From positions 928,001-992,000 of the forward strand of contig OY843584.1 in the NCBI GenBank assembly GCA_963692915.1: a stretch of DNA of 64,000 nt, written 5' to 3'. The number at the start of each line of letters is the position of its first letter. The stretch's first letter is position 1. Shown here piece after piece: positions 37,257-47,790 of this stretch. The notes under the pieces are model-generated. The model was not told the origin of the DNA. It was given only the letters and a program-made list of their open reading frames with translations, and ran no database searches. The position numbers and the translations under genes are program-made. The stretch is from Cenarchaeum sp. (GTDB taxonomy: Archaea; Thermoproteota; Nitrososphaeria; Nitrososphaerales; Nitrosopumilaceae).

Positions 37257-37879
37257 CAGCCCATTTCCATCGACGTCTTTGTCAACTTCATGATAATGCC
37301 GCTAAAGGCGACAGATGACAAAAAGTACCACGCCCAGAAATAGACGGCGTTCTCCTCCTCACAGACGTGTTCTGGATCGGTGGCCTGTTCGGCGGTGCAC
37401 GTGAGCTGGAAGAAATCGCCCGGTATGACGTTTAGCGGTATTGGCGAGAGCGCGACGGTGAATGAGAAGAGCGGCGGGAGGACAAAGTAGAATATGAGGA
37501 TGAGCGGGACAAACGTTATCATCATTGGACGCATGTTCATCTGCATCATCTCCATGTTGAGCTTGCTCATGTAAGAGGACTTTTTTGAGAGGTCTGCGAG
37601 CTTTTTCTCGTCCTTTGCGCGAAAGGCCGCCATGCGCTCCTTTTGCCATGCGCGCGTCTCGCGCATTATCCGCTTTAGCTTTGACTGGTCAACGAGCTTT
37701 CTGCGTATGAACGCGTTGAACATGTTTAGCATGATCGCAAAGCCGAGTATGCCGCCCATCGAGGCCACCGTGCCGCGAATGAGCGGATCCGCACTGCCGA
37801 GTGGCCCGCCCGAAGACACGCCAAAGAGATCCCCCTGGAGCGCAAAGTGCGAGAGTGCCATGATGACTCCCTCTAGCAT
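37256..37879 (-). CDS. DUF106 / EMC3-TMCO1 (Oxa1 superfamily) membrane protein
   Basis: TM - coiled coil - Met-rich MRPMMITFVP - WYFLSS; between adk and cmk. Confidence 0.88.
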   Translation of the reverse strand: MLEGVIMALSHFALQGDLFGVSSGGPLGSADPLIRGTVASMGGILGFAIMLNMFNAFIRRKLVDQSKLKRIMRETRAWQKERMAAFRAKDEKKLADLSKKSSYMSKLNMEMMQMNMRPMMITFVPLILIFYFVLPPLFSFTVALSPIPLNVIPGDFFQLTCTAEQATDPEHVCEEENAVYFWAWYFLSSVAFSGIIMKLTKTSMEMG

Positions 37880-38457
37880 AGCAGACCCACGCTCCTGAGG
37901 ATCGCCTCGGCGGCCTCGGCGGCCTGGCCGTCGGCGTTAAAGACGGGCATCACCGGCGAGCCCGAATGGACCGAGCATGCCGAGAGCATGGCGTCCTGTA
38001 TGGCAAGCTCGCGCTTTATGCCCGATATCGAGTTCCGGTCGCGCGTGCGCGACGTGTCGCTCTCACGGCGGCTGAATATCCTCTCTGGCTTTGCAGTCAG
38101 CGAGATGAGGTGCGTGGGCCGCACAATGTCGAGGATCGGCGAGGGGAGGCCCGGATAGTAGCCTGAGGGCGTGGCGATGAAGGCGTGCGTGTCTATGACG
38201 ACGACCTCGGAGGCTATGCGCGCTATCGACTTTGCGGCCTCGCGCTGCAGGAGCTCCTGCTCGTCGCGGCCCTCCTTGCGAAGCTCGTCACGGTCGTCGA
38301 TTCCGCGCTTTTGCGCCTGCTCTAGCATCTCGGTCCCAAAGCTCACAACGCGCACGTCCTTGTCCATGCTCTTTAGAATCCTGACGACGTGTTCGACTAC
38401 GGTGGTCTTGCCCACGCCTGGTATTCCCACGATCACCACCCGCCTAGTGCCGTCCAA
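37873..38457 (-). CDS. adkA: Archaeal adenylate kinase
   Basis: GIPGVGKTT, DRDELRK, IDTH, GYYPGLP. Confidence 0.93.
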   Translation of the reverse strand: MDGTRRVVIVGIPGVGKTTVVEHVVRILKSMDKDVRVVSFGTEMLEQAQKRGIDDRDELRKEGRDEQELLQREAAKSIARIASEVVVIDTHAFIATPSGYYPGLPSPILDIVRPTHLISLTAKPERIFSRRESDTSRTRDRNSISGIKRELAIQDAMLSACSVHSGSPVMPVFNADGQAAEAAEAILRSVGLLC

Positions 38458-39874
38458 GTATAGCACCGAGCCTTGGCATGACAACCTCGACTTGTTCGCG
38501 GACGAGCTGGTTGTAATAGTTGATGAGAATGTCGACCATGAGTAGCACGCCGATTCCGGATCCAAACACGCCAAGAACGTCAGATATGCCGGCGAGGAGC
38601 CCGAGTATGACAGAGCCGAGTATGGTGACTGACGGGATGTACTTGTTCAATAGCGCCTCCACTGGCTTGTTTGAGCGGCGGAATCCCGGTATCTGCACGT
38701 CGGCATCAAGGAGGTTCTTGGCCGCGCTGCGCGGCGAGAGGCCGCCGAGCTCGACCCAGAGGCGGCCAAATATTACGACAATGCCGACCATAAAGAGCAC
38801 ATAGAGCACGGCGCGCGACGGGTCGAGGGCCGCAATGTCCAGGCCGCGTGGCGGCGTGACATAGTAGACCAGACCCCCGATCGGCGTTGACGGGTTTGTC
38901 GGGTCAAACTGCGCAAGGAGGTTCATAAACACATTATTGTTGAGGGGATTGGCGTTTGCCCATAATATCTGCCCGATAAACACGGCGTTTGCCGTAAGCG
39001 CAGAGGCGAGTATGACAGGGATGTTTGAGACGTACATTAGCTTTATCGGGTAGACTGCCGAAAAGCCCCTGTACTTTGTCGAGACTATGGGGATCTCGAC
39101 CTTCATGCCCTGCGTGTAGACAAGTATGAGCAGGACGATTCCTGTGAGAATGAGGCCAAATATGCTTGGCAACTGGTTTGATCTAAAGAACACGTCAGAG
39201 AGGTCGCCGGCGGCAATTGACTGGCCGAGGAAAGGTATGATTCCGATAGTCCCGCCGTCGCCGGCCGGCAGCGGGCTGAAGAGGCTCCAGAGTATCTGCT
39301 GGGCGACTCCGGCCATGATAAAGAGGCTGATTCCGCTTCCGAGGCCCCATCCCTTCTGGATGAGCTCGTCAAGAAACATGATGATCACCGAGGCTGCCAT
39401 GAGCTGTCCCACGAGGATATAGAGGACGTTGGGGTCAGTTATGCCGGGGCCGTACACGGCAATGCCATACACTATGGACTCGGCTACGATAACAACATAG
39501 GTCACAAGCTTTGTGGCCGTCTGAAAGACACCACGCTCCTCGGGTTTTTTAAAGTTGAACTTTATGATCTCTGATCCGCGCAATAGCTGCATGAGCAGGC
39601 CGGCCGTGACTATGGGGCCGATGCCAAGCTCGACGAGGGTGCCCTGCTGCGACGCAAATATCACGCGCGCAAACGCCAAAAAGTCAAACTCGGGCGTCGT
39701 CGCGCCAAAGAGCGGCGTCTGAGCCATGACCATGTAGATGAGGAGCGCAAGGCCTGACCAGAGGAGCCTAGACTGGAGCGGGAGCTTGCGCTTTGGCTTT
39801 GGAACCTGCGGCAGGTACGGCTCGGCGACTGCCACGACGCGGTATATTGTGGAGGTGAGTGACCCCTCAGCCAT
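38444..39874 (-). CDS. secY: Preprotein translocase SecY
   Basis: ELGIGPIVTAGLLMQLL, GWGLGSGISLFI, YPIKLMYVSNIP, QIPGFR. Confidence 0.97.
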   Translation of the reverse strand: MAEGSLTSTIYRVVAVAEPYLPQVPKPKRKLPLQSRLLWSGLALLIYMVMAQTPLFGATTPEFDFLAFARVIFASQQGTLVELGIGPIVTAGLLMQLLRGSEIIKFNFKKPEERGVFQTATKLVTYVVIVAESIVYGIAVYGPGITDPNVLYILVGQLMAASVIIMFLDELIQKGWGLGSGISLFIMAGVAQQILWSLFSPLPAGDGGTIGIIPFLGQSIAAGDLSDVFFRSNQLPSIFGLILTGIVLLILVYTQGMKVEIPIVSTKYRGFSAVYPIKLMYVSNIPVILASALTANAVFIGQILWANANPLNNNVFMNLLAQFDPTNPSTPIGGLVYYVTPPRGLDIAALDPSRAVLYVLFMVGIVVIFGRLWVELGGLSPRSAAKNLLDADVQIPGFRRSNKPVEALLNKYIPSVTILGSVILGLLAGISDVLGVFGSGIGVLLMVDILINYYNQLVREQVEVVMPRLGAILGRH

Positions 39875-40328
39875 CCTCGTCCACCGTGCCGCCGGACTGT
39901 GCCCCTGTGTCCTGCGAGACAATCTCGCCGCCGGCGTCGCCGACCTTTTTGGCCGCAGACGGCGTAAACCTGTCGACGATGACGGCGTACGCGCCCTGAA
40001 CAGAACCGCCGCCTAGGAGCTTTTCATATCCGCCGGCGCGCAGGTCAACTATGCGCTTGCCGCCCTCCTCGCGGCCATGGTGCGCATAGAGATCCCCGAG
40101 ATCCCGCACGGATGCCCACTTTTTGGCGTCATTCGAGTATGGTGGGTGCGTCGAGTCATGGCCAAAGTGGTCGGGATCGTCGCGCAGCATAGAGCTAAAG
40201 TGGTGCTTTAGCTGCCCTGATGCGCCAAGGCCGCCCTTGTGGCCGCTGGCCCTGTGCTGTCCAACCTGGCCCCAGCCGTGCGTGCGCGACCCTCGAAGCT
40301 TTCTTGTCTTGCGCATCCTTGTGGCCAT
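39867..40328 (-). CDS. rpl15: 50S ribosomal protein uL15
   Basis: RGSRTHGWG...HRASGHKGG, KLLGGG. Confidence 0.95.
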   Translation of the reverse strand: MATRMRKTRKLRGSRTHGWGQVGQHRASGHKGGLGASGQLKHHFSSMLRDDPDHFGHDSTHPPYSNDAKKWASVRDLGDLYAHHGREEGGKRIVDLRAGGYEKLLGGGSVQGAYAVIVDRFTPSAAKKVGDAGGEIVSQDTGAQSGGTVDEDG

Positions 40329-40330
40329 GT

Positions 40331-40798
40331 CTATCCCATCATCCTCCGCACAATCTCCTCGAGGTCGGGGTTTTTGCCGAGTATGCCGTTCTGGCCGCGC
40401 ATCTTTTTTGTGCTCCGCCTAAACCCATGGCGCGGCGGGGCCAGCGCAAACCACGGCTTGAGGCCCTTGACGTTGCGCATGGACACGCTTCCGGAGGCGA
40501 GGGACTCGGCGAGCTCCGTGGTGCTCGTGTATCCCTCTGGCATTGGGCCGCCCTCGAGCCGGCGGTAGCCGCTCGTGTGGCCGCGCGAGTCGAGGAGCTC
40601 GCGCGTGAGATCAGCATTTGCGTCGGTCCAGGAGACATAGTGCTTTACCTTGTTTAGCATGCCCAGCGTGTTCTCGCGTGCCGGAACTATGGTCGCGCGG
40701 AACTTTTTCTCGAGGCGGAGGAGCTCGAGCGTGCGCGATGCCCAGTGCGGCACGTCGGCCTGCCCCTTTATTCGAACCACGAGATACGCTCCTGCCAC
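40331..40798 (-). CDS. rpl30: 50S ribosomal protein uL30
   Basis: VVRIKG, TLELLRL, GMLNKVKHYVSW, LAPPRHGF. Confidence 0.95.
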   Translation of the reverse strand: MAGAYLVVRIKGQADVPHWASRTLELLRLEKKFRATIVPARENTLGMLNKVKHYVSWTDANADLTRELLDSRGHTSGYRRLEGGPMPEGYTSTTELAESLASGSVSMRNVKGLKPWFALAPPRHGFRRSTKKMRGQNGILGKNPDLEEIVRRMMG

Positions 40799-40805
40799 TA
40801 TACCA

Positions 40806-41432
40806 TCAACCCTGGCTGAACGTCTGCCTAAGGCACGCGAGGAGCGCCTTTGACGTTGACGTCATTGTTGTCGTTGAGCCCTTTGCCGATGTCCACGCGT
40901 CCTTTAGGCCGGCGAGCTCGAGCAGTCGGCGCATCTTGCCGCCTGCGACGAGGCCGAGACCGCGCGGTGCGGGAAATATCTCGATCGTCACGCTGCCCCC
41001 GCGTCCGCGCACCTTGAATGGTATCGAGTGGTTCTGGTCACACCTGCACTCCCAGCTCCCGCATCCCAGCCTTATTGGGCTGACATTGAGGTATGCGTGG
41101 CTCGTCGCCTTTTCTATGGCGACGCGTATCTGCTTTGACTTGCCCTGACCTATTCCAAGCCAGCCATTAGAGTTACCGGCTGCGACTATTGCCTTGAAGC
41201 GCGTTGACTGGCCGTTGGCAGTCATCTTTTGTATGATTCCAACATCGACGACCTCGGTCTCAAGGTCAGGGAGGAGCTTTTTGATGATGCCGGCCTCCTG
41301 TATGCGCAGGCCGGACTCGAGTATCTCCTCCATCGAGGTGACCTCGCCGGCGGCCACGCGCTTTCCAAGCGAGGTCTTTGGAACCCACGGCTCCTCCTCC
41401 TCGCGCGAACGTCTCTGCTGTGGGCGATTCAG
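40806..41432 (-). CDS. rps5: 30S ribosomal protein uS5 (probable CTG start)
   Basis: WVPKTSLG, CGSWEC, PAPRGLGLV; conserved N-terminal motif lies upstream of the called GTG. Confidence 0.93.
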   Translation of the reverse strand: MNRPQQRRSREEEEPWVPKTSLGKRVAAGEVTSMEEILESGLRIQEAGIIKKLLPDLETEVVDVGIIQKMTANGQSTRFKAIVAAGNSNGWLGIGQGKSKQIRVAIEKATSHAYLNVSPIRLGCGSWECRCDQNHSIPFKVRGRGGSVTIEIFPAPRGLGLVAGGKMRRLLELAGLKDAWTSAKGSTTTMTSTSKALLACLRQTFSQG

Positions 41433-41917
41433 GATTGTGGCACCTCGGAGTCTATGGCAGACTTTATCGCCGCAATGTCGTTCTTTACGCGAAGGTGCGC
41501 GCCTTCGAGGCGCTCCTGCGGCGGGAATGACTCAGCCGAGGACGGCACGTCAAGGCCAGCGTCGACTAGGCCCTTTAGGGCAGCGGCCATGCGCTGCGTG
41601 TAGCGACGCGTGCCGCTATAGAGTATCGCAGTGGCCGTGCCTCCGGCAGCGGCCCTCTTGCCGGCAAGGTATCCGGTCATGTAGGCTGCCGGGATGCTCT
41701 TGCGCGAGCCCTTCCAGCCCTTGCCTAGGAGAAAGCGCGAGTGGGCCGAGGCGACGACGAGGTCGCCGGTCATGCCTGCCTTGAGAACCTGCACCTGTGC
41801 GTTCTCGTTGGATATGTGAACGGTCACGAACGGCCTCTTGCCCATGAGCATGGCTCTGCGCTTGCGATAGTTGGTCTTCTCCTCGCGAAGCCTTCGAAGT
41901 ATCCTAGCGTGGCCCAT
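41429..41917 (-). CDS. rpl18: 50S ribosomal protein uL18
   Basis: RRLREEKTNYRKR, PAAYMTG, ALKGLVDAGL. Confidence 0.95.
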   Translation of the reverse strand: MGHARILRRLREEKTNYRKRRAMLMGKRPFVTVHISNENAQVQVLKAGMTGDLVVASAHSRFLLGKGWKGSRKSIPAAYMTGYLAGKRAAAGGTATAILYSGTRRYTQRMAAALKGLVDAGLDVPSSAESFPPQERLEGAHLRVKNDIAAIKSAIDSEVPQS

Positions 41918-42102
41918 TACGAGACGCGCGTGCCCAATCTGCTCTTTTTAAGCCTACCCCGCCATGGGAGCGCGACCCCCATGGGGCCGACTAGACAGGC
42001 GCAGCCTCACCCTGCCCATTTGCCACGGCATGCCCGCAGTGCCGGCCACACCTCACCGATCCACGTGTCCTGAGCCCCAGACTGGATGTCTCCCAGAGCC
42101 AG

Positions 42103-42507
42103 TCAGGGCACACGCGAGACGTGCATGTGGGCAACCTTCCAGGAGCCCTCCCTGACGAGCGCAAACGTTGCGCGCGAGACTGTCGTGACGTGCTCGCCGC
42201 TAAACGTCTTGTTGTCGACTAGCATCCCGCTCTGCTCCAGCGTAAAGGCGGCCACGGCCATGTCCCCACGGGAGATAACACGCTCGTCGCGCACGCGATA
42301 GTCATAGTCCGATATGGCCGCCAGGCGCATCTCGGCGAGCACCGAGGTCGTCTCGGCGTCATGCATGCCATACGGCGGCACGTCAGCAAAGCTCGAGAAT
42401 GCGGAATCGTCGGCATGCATGAGGCGCATCGCCGCAAAGTCCCTTGACTTGCCCGCATCAAGGTACGCGCGCACGGCATCCATGACGGCACCCTCCTCTG
42501 TGACCAT
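42103..42507 (-). CDS. SnoaL/NTF2-like protein
   Basis: GDMAVAAF, RATFALVREGSWKVAHMHVS. Confidence 0.8.
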   Translation of the reverse strand: MVTEEGAVMDAVRAYLDAGKSRDFAAMRLMHADDSAFSSFADVPPYGMHDAETTSVLAEMRLAAISDYDYRVRDERVISRGDMAVAAFTLEQSGMLVDNKTFSGEHVTTVSRATFALVREGSWKVAHMHVSRVP

Positions 42508-42605
42508 GTCTCGCGTGGCGCTTCATCAGGGTTAAATCTCTAGCTTGCGCGCCACTCCCCATGGGCGCGTTGGGTTAAATAGTTGCGCGGGTTGGTGGCG
42601 AATCC

Positions 42606-43760
42606 ATGAGGCATGACGTAGTCGTCGCCGGCGGGAGCATTGCAGGCCTCCTGTGCGCAAGGGAGGTGGCACGTCAAGGCCACAGCGTCATGGTGGTAGA
42701 GCGTAATGGTGAGATAGGGTCACCTGACCACTGCGGCGGACTCGTCAGCGCCGATGCGCTAGATTCCCTCGGCGTGGGTGGCATGCAAGAGTATGTCGGC
42801 AACGCAATAGAGCGCGCAGTCGTTTGCTCTCCCGGTGGGCAGAGTTTTGAGATCTGTGTTGGAAGTAGCGTTGTGGAGCTGAGCCGGCGTGCACTTGACA
42901 GGAGGATCGCACGCGAGGCTCAGGACTGTGGGGCACACATCCGCACGTCTGTGCGCTGCACGGGAACAGGTGACGGCACCATCCACACTAGCGCAGGGGA
43001 CATTGCGTGCAAGGTCATAGTGGACGCCACGGGCATCGCCTCGCTCGTCTCCAGGGGAATGCGCGACGGCGTTGTGGCCTCGGCGCAGGCCGAGGTTCTC
43101 GCTCCGTGGATAGAGCATGGACGCGTCGAGATCATGCTTGACGCAGCGAGATATCCCGGATTTTTTGCGTGGGTCATAGCGTCAGAGGACGGGCGCGGCA
43201 AGGTTGGCGTCGCCGGCTCTGGCATCGACGCCACAGGCACGCTGCGCTCACTGCTCGACTCGAGGGGGACGCACTCGGAGCTCAGGACGGTCAGCGCGCC
43301 CATATGGGTCGGGGGGCACGCCGGCGAGTTTGTCGACGGGCAGACCGTGTACGCAGGCGATGCCGCAGGCCAGACAAAGCCGACGACTGCAGGCGGGATA
43401 CTCTCTGGCGGCATGGGCGGCATAATGGCCGGCGCGGCAATATCCTCGTTCCTCGAGTCCGGCGACCCCTCAGACCTTGGCGCATATCGCGGCACGTGGG
43501 AGGCCATGTTTGGGGCAGAGTTTGGCAGGCAGCTCCTCGCGCGCCGCGTCCTGGGCGCCCTGGACAACGCCGCCCTTGATGCGCTCGTGGGAGCCGTGAC
43601 GCCGGGGGTCGCAGCATCAGTGGCAGAGGCGGGCAGCTTTGACTTTCATGCCGGCGCCATAGCGAGGATCCTGGGCGCCAGGGGCGCAATAGGCCTGCTC
43701 AAAAGGCTCCCGGCAGCCGACGTGGCTCGCCTCATGGCCTCTATGGCCGGCAAACTATAA
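42606..43760 (+). CDS. Geranylgeranyl reductase-family FAD oxidoreductase
   Basis: GGSIAG, CGG, VDATG, GDAAGQTKPTTAGGI. Confidence 0.88.
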   Translation: MRHDVVVAGGSIAGLLCAREVARQGHSVMVVERNGEIGSPDHCGGLVSADALDSLGVGGMQEYVGNAIERAVVCSPGGQSFEICVGSSVVELSRRALDRRIAREAQDCGAHIRTSVRCTGTGDGTIHTSAGDIACKVIVDATGIASLVSRGMRDGVVASAQAEVLAPWIEHGRVEIMLDAARYPGFFAWVIASEDGRGKVGVAGSGIDATGTLRSLLDSRGTHSELRTVSAPIWVGGHAGEFVDGQTVYAGDAAGQTKPTTAGGILSGGMGGIMAGAAISSFLESGDPSDLGAYRGTWEAMFGAEFGRQLLARRVLGALDNAALDALVGAVTPGVAASVAEAGSFDFHAGAIARILGARGAIGLLKRLPAADVARLMASMAGKL

Positions 43761-43785
43761 ATCTCCACGCGCGCGGGGTGCGACC

Positions 43786-43968
43786 ATGTCGTCGCTGTCG
43801 CTGCCCGTGTGCAGTTGCTGCCATAGGCACATCATGCCAAATGACAAGTGCGTAAAGTTTAGCTGCCCCGAGTGCGGAAACGAGGCCGCAACGATCTGGC
43901 GCTGCCAGAGCTGCCGCGAGGCGGCCACGCCGTACAAGTGCACAGCATGCGGCTTTGAGGGACCCTGA
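43786..43968 (+). CDS. Zn-ribbon protein DUF1610 family
   Basis: FSCPECG, IWRCQSCR, YKCTACGFEGP; upstream of ef1b. Confidence 0.9.
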   Translation: MSSLSLPVCSCCHRHIMPNDKCVKFSCPECGNEAATIWRCQSCREAATPYKCTACGFEGP

Positions 43969-43974
43969 AGAGCC

Positions 43975-44256
43975 ATGGCAAAGCTGGTCATAGCCGCAAA
44001 GATACTCCCGACGGACATCGATGTAGACCTCGATGGCCTAGCCACCGGCATAGGCGGTGCGCTCAAGGACGGCATAACGATGAAGAGGCACGTAAAGGAG
44101 CCGATCGCCTTTGGCCTGTTTGCGCTAAAGGCCGAGTTTGTCTGTGAGGACAGAGAGGGCCAGATGGACTCACTCGAGTCATCCGTGAGGTCAGTCAACG
44201 GAGTGAGCGAGTTTGAGGTGCTAAATATGAGCCGCTCCTCGGTGGAGATGAAGTAG
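43975..44256 (+). CDS. ef1b: Elongation factor 1-beta
   Basis: KILP...[10 protein letters not shown]. Confidence 0.93.
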   Translation: MAKLVIAAKILPTDIDVDLDGLATGIGGALKDGITMKRHVKEPIAFGLFALKAEFVCEDREGQMDSLESSVRSVNGVSEFEVLNMSRSSVEMK

Positions 44257-44265
44257 GGTTCTGCA

Positions 44266-46440
44266 TTGGCACGCAAGCCAGGCGAGCCGCTGTCCATGAA
44301 GATAGGCGAGGCAAAACAGCGAGATGTTGGAAAAAAGCGCGCACGCATAGGGCCTGACGCAATGGACTACCTCGGTGTCACGCCGGGCGACTTTATCGAG
44401 ATATCTGGAACAAAGTCCAGCTGCGCAATTGTGTGGCCCGCAGACGAGGACGAGCGATCCCCGGAGGTCATCAGGGTTGATGGCCAGATGCGCAAGAACA
44501 TTGGCGCAGCGCACAGTGAGATGGTTCGTGTCAGCAAGGGCACGGCAAAGACGGCGCGCATGGTGGAGATTATGCCGGCCAATGACGCGATAACAGTTGA
44601 TGCCGAGTTTACCGACTTTGTCAGGAGCCGCATATCCGGAATGCCGCTGATTCAGGGAGACGAGGTGTCCGTGATGGTTCTAGGCAACACCATAGCCTTC
44701 AAGGTCAGCAAGGTCATGCCAAAGGGCATGGTGGAGATCGACAAGACAACTGCAATAAACATACTCACAGAGACTGCACGTGACAAAAAACCGCACGTCA
44801 CGTACGAGGAGGTCGGCGGGCTTGGCGCCGAGATAAAGGCAATGCGCGAGATAGTCGAGCTTCCGCTGCGCCATCCCGAGCTCTTTGCGAGACTCGGCGT
44901 GGAGGCCAACAGCGGCGTGCTCCTCTACGGGCCGCCGGGGTGCGGCAAGACGCTGATCGCAAAGGTTCTAGCAAGCGAGTCAGATGCCAACATGTACCTC
45001 ATAAACGGGCCGGAGATTATGAACAAGTACTATGGCGAGACTGAGGCGCGCCTGCGCGACATATTCAAGGACGCAAAGACCAACGCGCCGAGCATAATAT
45101 TCATCGACGAGATCGACGCCATTGCGCCAAAGCGCGAGGATGTCTATGGCGACGTCGAAAAGCGCGTCGTCGCACAGCTCCTGGCCCTCATGGACGGCCT
45201 GACTGACAGGGGCAATGTGATAGTCCTTGGCGCAACGAACAGGCAGGACAGCGTGGATCCCGCACTGAGGCGTCCCGGCAGGTTTGACCGCGAGGTCGAG
45301 ATATCCGTTCCCAACGAGGACGGGCGACTCGAGATACTCCAGATACACACGCGCGGCATGCCAGTTGACACGGGGTTTGACATTAAAGAGATGGCATCTG
45401 CGCTCCACGGGTACACTGGGGCGGACATAAAGTCGCTGTGCAGAGAGACGGCCATAAAGGCGATAAGGAGGTACCTGCCAGACATTGACCTCGAGACCGA
45501 GCAGATACCTTCCGGTGTCCTCCAGGCAATGCGCATAAAGACAATTGACTTTTACGATGCGATGCGCGAGGTGGTTCCCACGGCGATGCGCGAGTTTTAC
45601 GTCGAGCGGCCAAAGGTGTGGTGGGTCGACGTAGGTGGACTAGGGAACGCAAAGCACACACTGCAGGAGAACGTCATACGCGCAATGTGCGAGCCCGAAA
45701 AGTTCACGAGCATGGGCGTTAGGCCACCGCACGGCGTGCTCATATACGGGCCGCCGGGCTGCGGCAAGACAATGCTCGCGCGTGCGCTAGCCGCCGAGAG
45801 CGGCGCGAACATGATAGTCGTAAAGGGTCCGGAGATACTCTCAAAGTGGATCGGCGAGTCCGAAAAGGCAATACGCGAGATATTTCGCAAGGCCGTGGCT
45901 TCTGCGCCATGCGTGATCATACTCGACGAGCTCGACGCGCTAGCGCGCCACAGGGATGGTGGGGACGGTGGCTATGGCGACACAATCCTAAGCCAGCTGC
46001 TCACGGAGATAGAGGACAGCCCTGCTGCAAGCGTCGTGGTAGTCGGAATCACCAGCCGGCCGGATCTCCTTGACGGCTCGCTTTTGAGAACCGGTCGCCT
46101 CGACCTCTCTGTATACACTCCTCCGCCAGACGAGGCCGGAAGGCTAGAGATCATGGAGATCCTCTCGCGAAAGATGCCCCTTGATGATGACGTCAACCTC
46201 GGCGAGGTGTCCATGATCACCAGGGGGTGCTCGGGCGCCGACCTCGCCGCGCTGTGCAGGGAGGCCGCCGTGGCGGCAATCCAGCGCAACTCCAAAAAGA
46301 TCGGCGGGCAGGACATCACAGCCGGACTAAAGCGCATAAACCCCTCAATAACCGGAGATGTCGACAAGTGGTACGAGTCGATGAAGGAAAAGATCACCAA
46401 CGCCGTGCCAAATACGCATGACAGGGAGATATACGGTTAG
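44266..46440 (+). CDS. cdc48: Cdc48/p97-family AAA+ ATPase
   Basis: N-domain plus two GPPGCGKT AAA modules, DPALRRPGRFDRE. Confidence 0.95.
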   Translation: MARKPGEPLSMKIGEAKQRDVGKKRARIGPDAMDYLGVTPGDFIEISGTKSSCAIVWPADEDERSPEVIRVDGQMRKNIGAAHSEMVRVSKGTAKTARMVEIMPANDAITVDAEFTDFVRSRISGMPLIQGDEVSVMVLGNTIAFKVSKVMPKGMVEIDKTTAINILTETARDKKPHVTYEEVGGLGAEIKAMREIVELPLRHPELFARLGVEANSGVLLYGPPGCGKTLIAKVLASESDANMYLINGPEIMNKYYGETEARLRDIFKDAKTNAPSIIFIDEIDAIAPKREDVYGDVEKRVVAQLLALMDGLTDRGNVIVLGATNRQDSVDPALRRPGRFDREVEISVPNEDGRLEILQIHTRGMPVDTGFDIKEMASALHGYTGADIKSLCRETAIKAIRRYLPDIDLETEQIPSGVLQAMRIKTIDFYDAMREVVPTAMREFYVERPKVWWVDVGGLGNAKHTLQENVIRAMCEPEKFTSMGVRPPHGVLIYGPPGCGKTMLARALAAESGANMIVVKGPEILSKWIGESEKAIREIFRKAVASAPCVIILDELDALARHRDGGDGGYGDTILSQLLTEIEDSPAASVVVVGITSRPDLLDGSLLRTGRLDLSVYTPPPDEAGRLEIMEILSRKMPLDDDVNLGEVSMITRGCSGADLAALCREAAVAAIQRNSKKIGGQDITAGLKRINPSITGDVDKWYESMKEKITNAVPNTHDREIYG

Positions 46441-46442
46441 CC

Positions 46443-46727
46443 ATGGCCATTCCCCTGCGAAACACCATAGTCGAAAAGGTCACCTCGCACGGCACGCTGA
46501 CTGACTCGGAGCTCACAAAAATGCTTGCAAAGGACGACATAGACTTCACGCCGGCCACGATCGAAAAGGCGCTTCTTGACCTAGAGATACTCGGTCTCAT
46601 ATCCGTCTCCGTGCTCGCAAAGGGCACTAGGAGGATAGAGGCCGTGGTGGCCGACGAGGATGCAGTGGAGGACGAGTCTACGCGCGAGCATGACTATGAG
46701 GCAAGCTTTCCAAATGTCGATGGCTAG
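46443..46727 (+). CDS. Small winged-helix-like protein with acidic tail
   Basis: LTDSEL...KALLDLEILGLISV; directly after cdc48. Confidence 0.7.
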   Translation: MAIPLRNTIVEKVTSHGTLTDSELTKMLAKDDIDFTPATIEKALLDLEILGLISVSVLAKGTRRIEAVVADEDAVEDESTREHDYEASFPNVDG

Positions 46728-47602
46728 ATTCTAAAGTGGAACGCAGCGTCGAGGGCGACTGCGATGAATATTATGGTGAGGTATGGCGCAGTCACCTTGT
46801 AGGCCTTCCACGCAAACTCTGGGGTCGGATCGCGCGTAAGGCGATAGTGGTACGCAAGCATTAGTCCACCAGAGGCAGCAGCTATTGCCATGTAGACAAG
46901 GCCGAGGCCTGCCGCATACAGCGCAAGGGAGTAGGGCAGGAGTATTGCCGTGTTGGCGAGTATGTACCTCGATGTCCTGTGCATGCCGATCGTAACAGGG
47001 AGCATCGGGACGCGTGCGGCAGCATACTCGTCCCTTATCTTCATCGCGAGGCACCAAAAGTGCGACGGTGTCCACACAAACACCAAAAACCCGACGAGAA
47101 ACCCCAATAGATCCATCGAACCAGTCGCGCCTGCCCATCCGGCCATTGCCGCGCAGCTTCCGGCAAACCCGCCAATGACAATATTGCTAGAGTTTAGGCG
47201 CTTTAGCCATATTGTGTATATGACAACGTAAAAGAATATGCCAAGCGCGACAAATAGAGCTGATGCGATATTGAGCGCAATGGCCGCATAGATGACAGAG
47301 AATGAGCTTGTCGCCAGGCCATACACGAGTGCCACGCCTGAGCCGATCCGCCCTGACGGTATGGGCCGCGAGCTCGTGCGGCGCATCAACGGGTCAATGT
47401 CACGGTCGTAATAGTGGTTTAGCGCGCTAGAGCCGGCTGACGCGAGCGCGCCGGCGACGATGATGTGGACATATAGCCACACGCCAGGCTCGGAGGCAGG
47501 CGTGCCCAGGACGCCTCCGGCATACATCGAGGTGACAGCGGTGATCACCAGGAGGACGACTATGCGCGGCTTTGATATCTCGTAAATCTCCCTGAGGGCC
47601 AA
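46724..47602 (-). CDS. ctaB: Protoheme IX farnesyltransferase
   Basis: KPRIV, NHYYDRDIDPLMRRTSSRPIPSG, WTPSHFW. Confidence 0.95.
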   Translation of the reverse strand: MALREIYEISKPRIVVLLVITAVTSMYAGGVLGTPASEPGVWLYVHIIVAGALASAGSSALNHYYDRDIDPLMRRTSSRPIPSGRIGSGVALVYGLATSSFSVIYAAIALNIASALFVALGIFFYVVIYTIWLKRLNSSNIVIGGFAGSCAAMAGWAGATGSMDLLGFLVGFLVFVWTPSHFWCLAMKIRDEYAAARVPMLPVTIGMHRTSRYILANTAILLPYSLALYAAGLGLVYMAIAAASGGLMLAYHYRLTRDPTPEFAWKAYKVTAPYLTIIFIAVALDAAFHFRI

Positions 47603-47790
47603 TTCTGGCAGGGCGTGCACGCGCGTCTGATTTAATACCTTTGGCGCGCCGGTGCGCGTGCACCGGCGGTGCCTGGCAGCATGGCCGGCGTTCTGGCCAT
47701 TTGGCCCCGTCGCAGGCCACGTCCGGCGCGCAGTATGACCCATATGCCTACAAAAGGATTAAGTACGCTGTTCAAGCGGCCACGGCGCAG

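Noticed and set aside
41940-42100. 5S rRNA upstream of rpl18 (TTAAGCCTACC resemblance; CCATGGG hairpin)
   Set aside because: No other 5S motifs; the segment is better explained as the rpl18 TATA region
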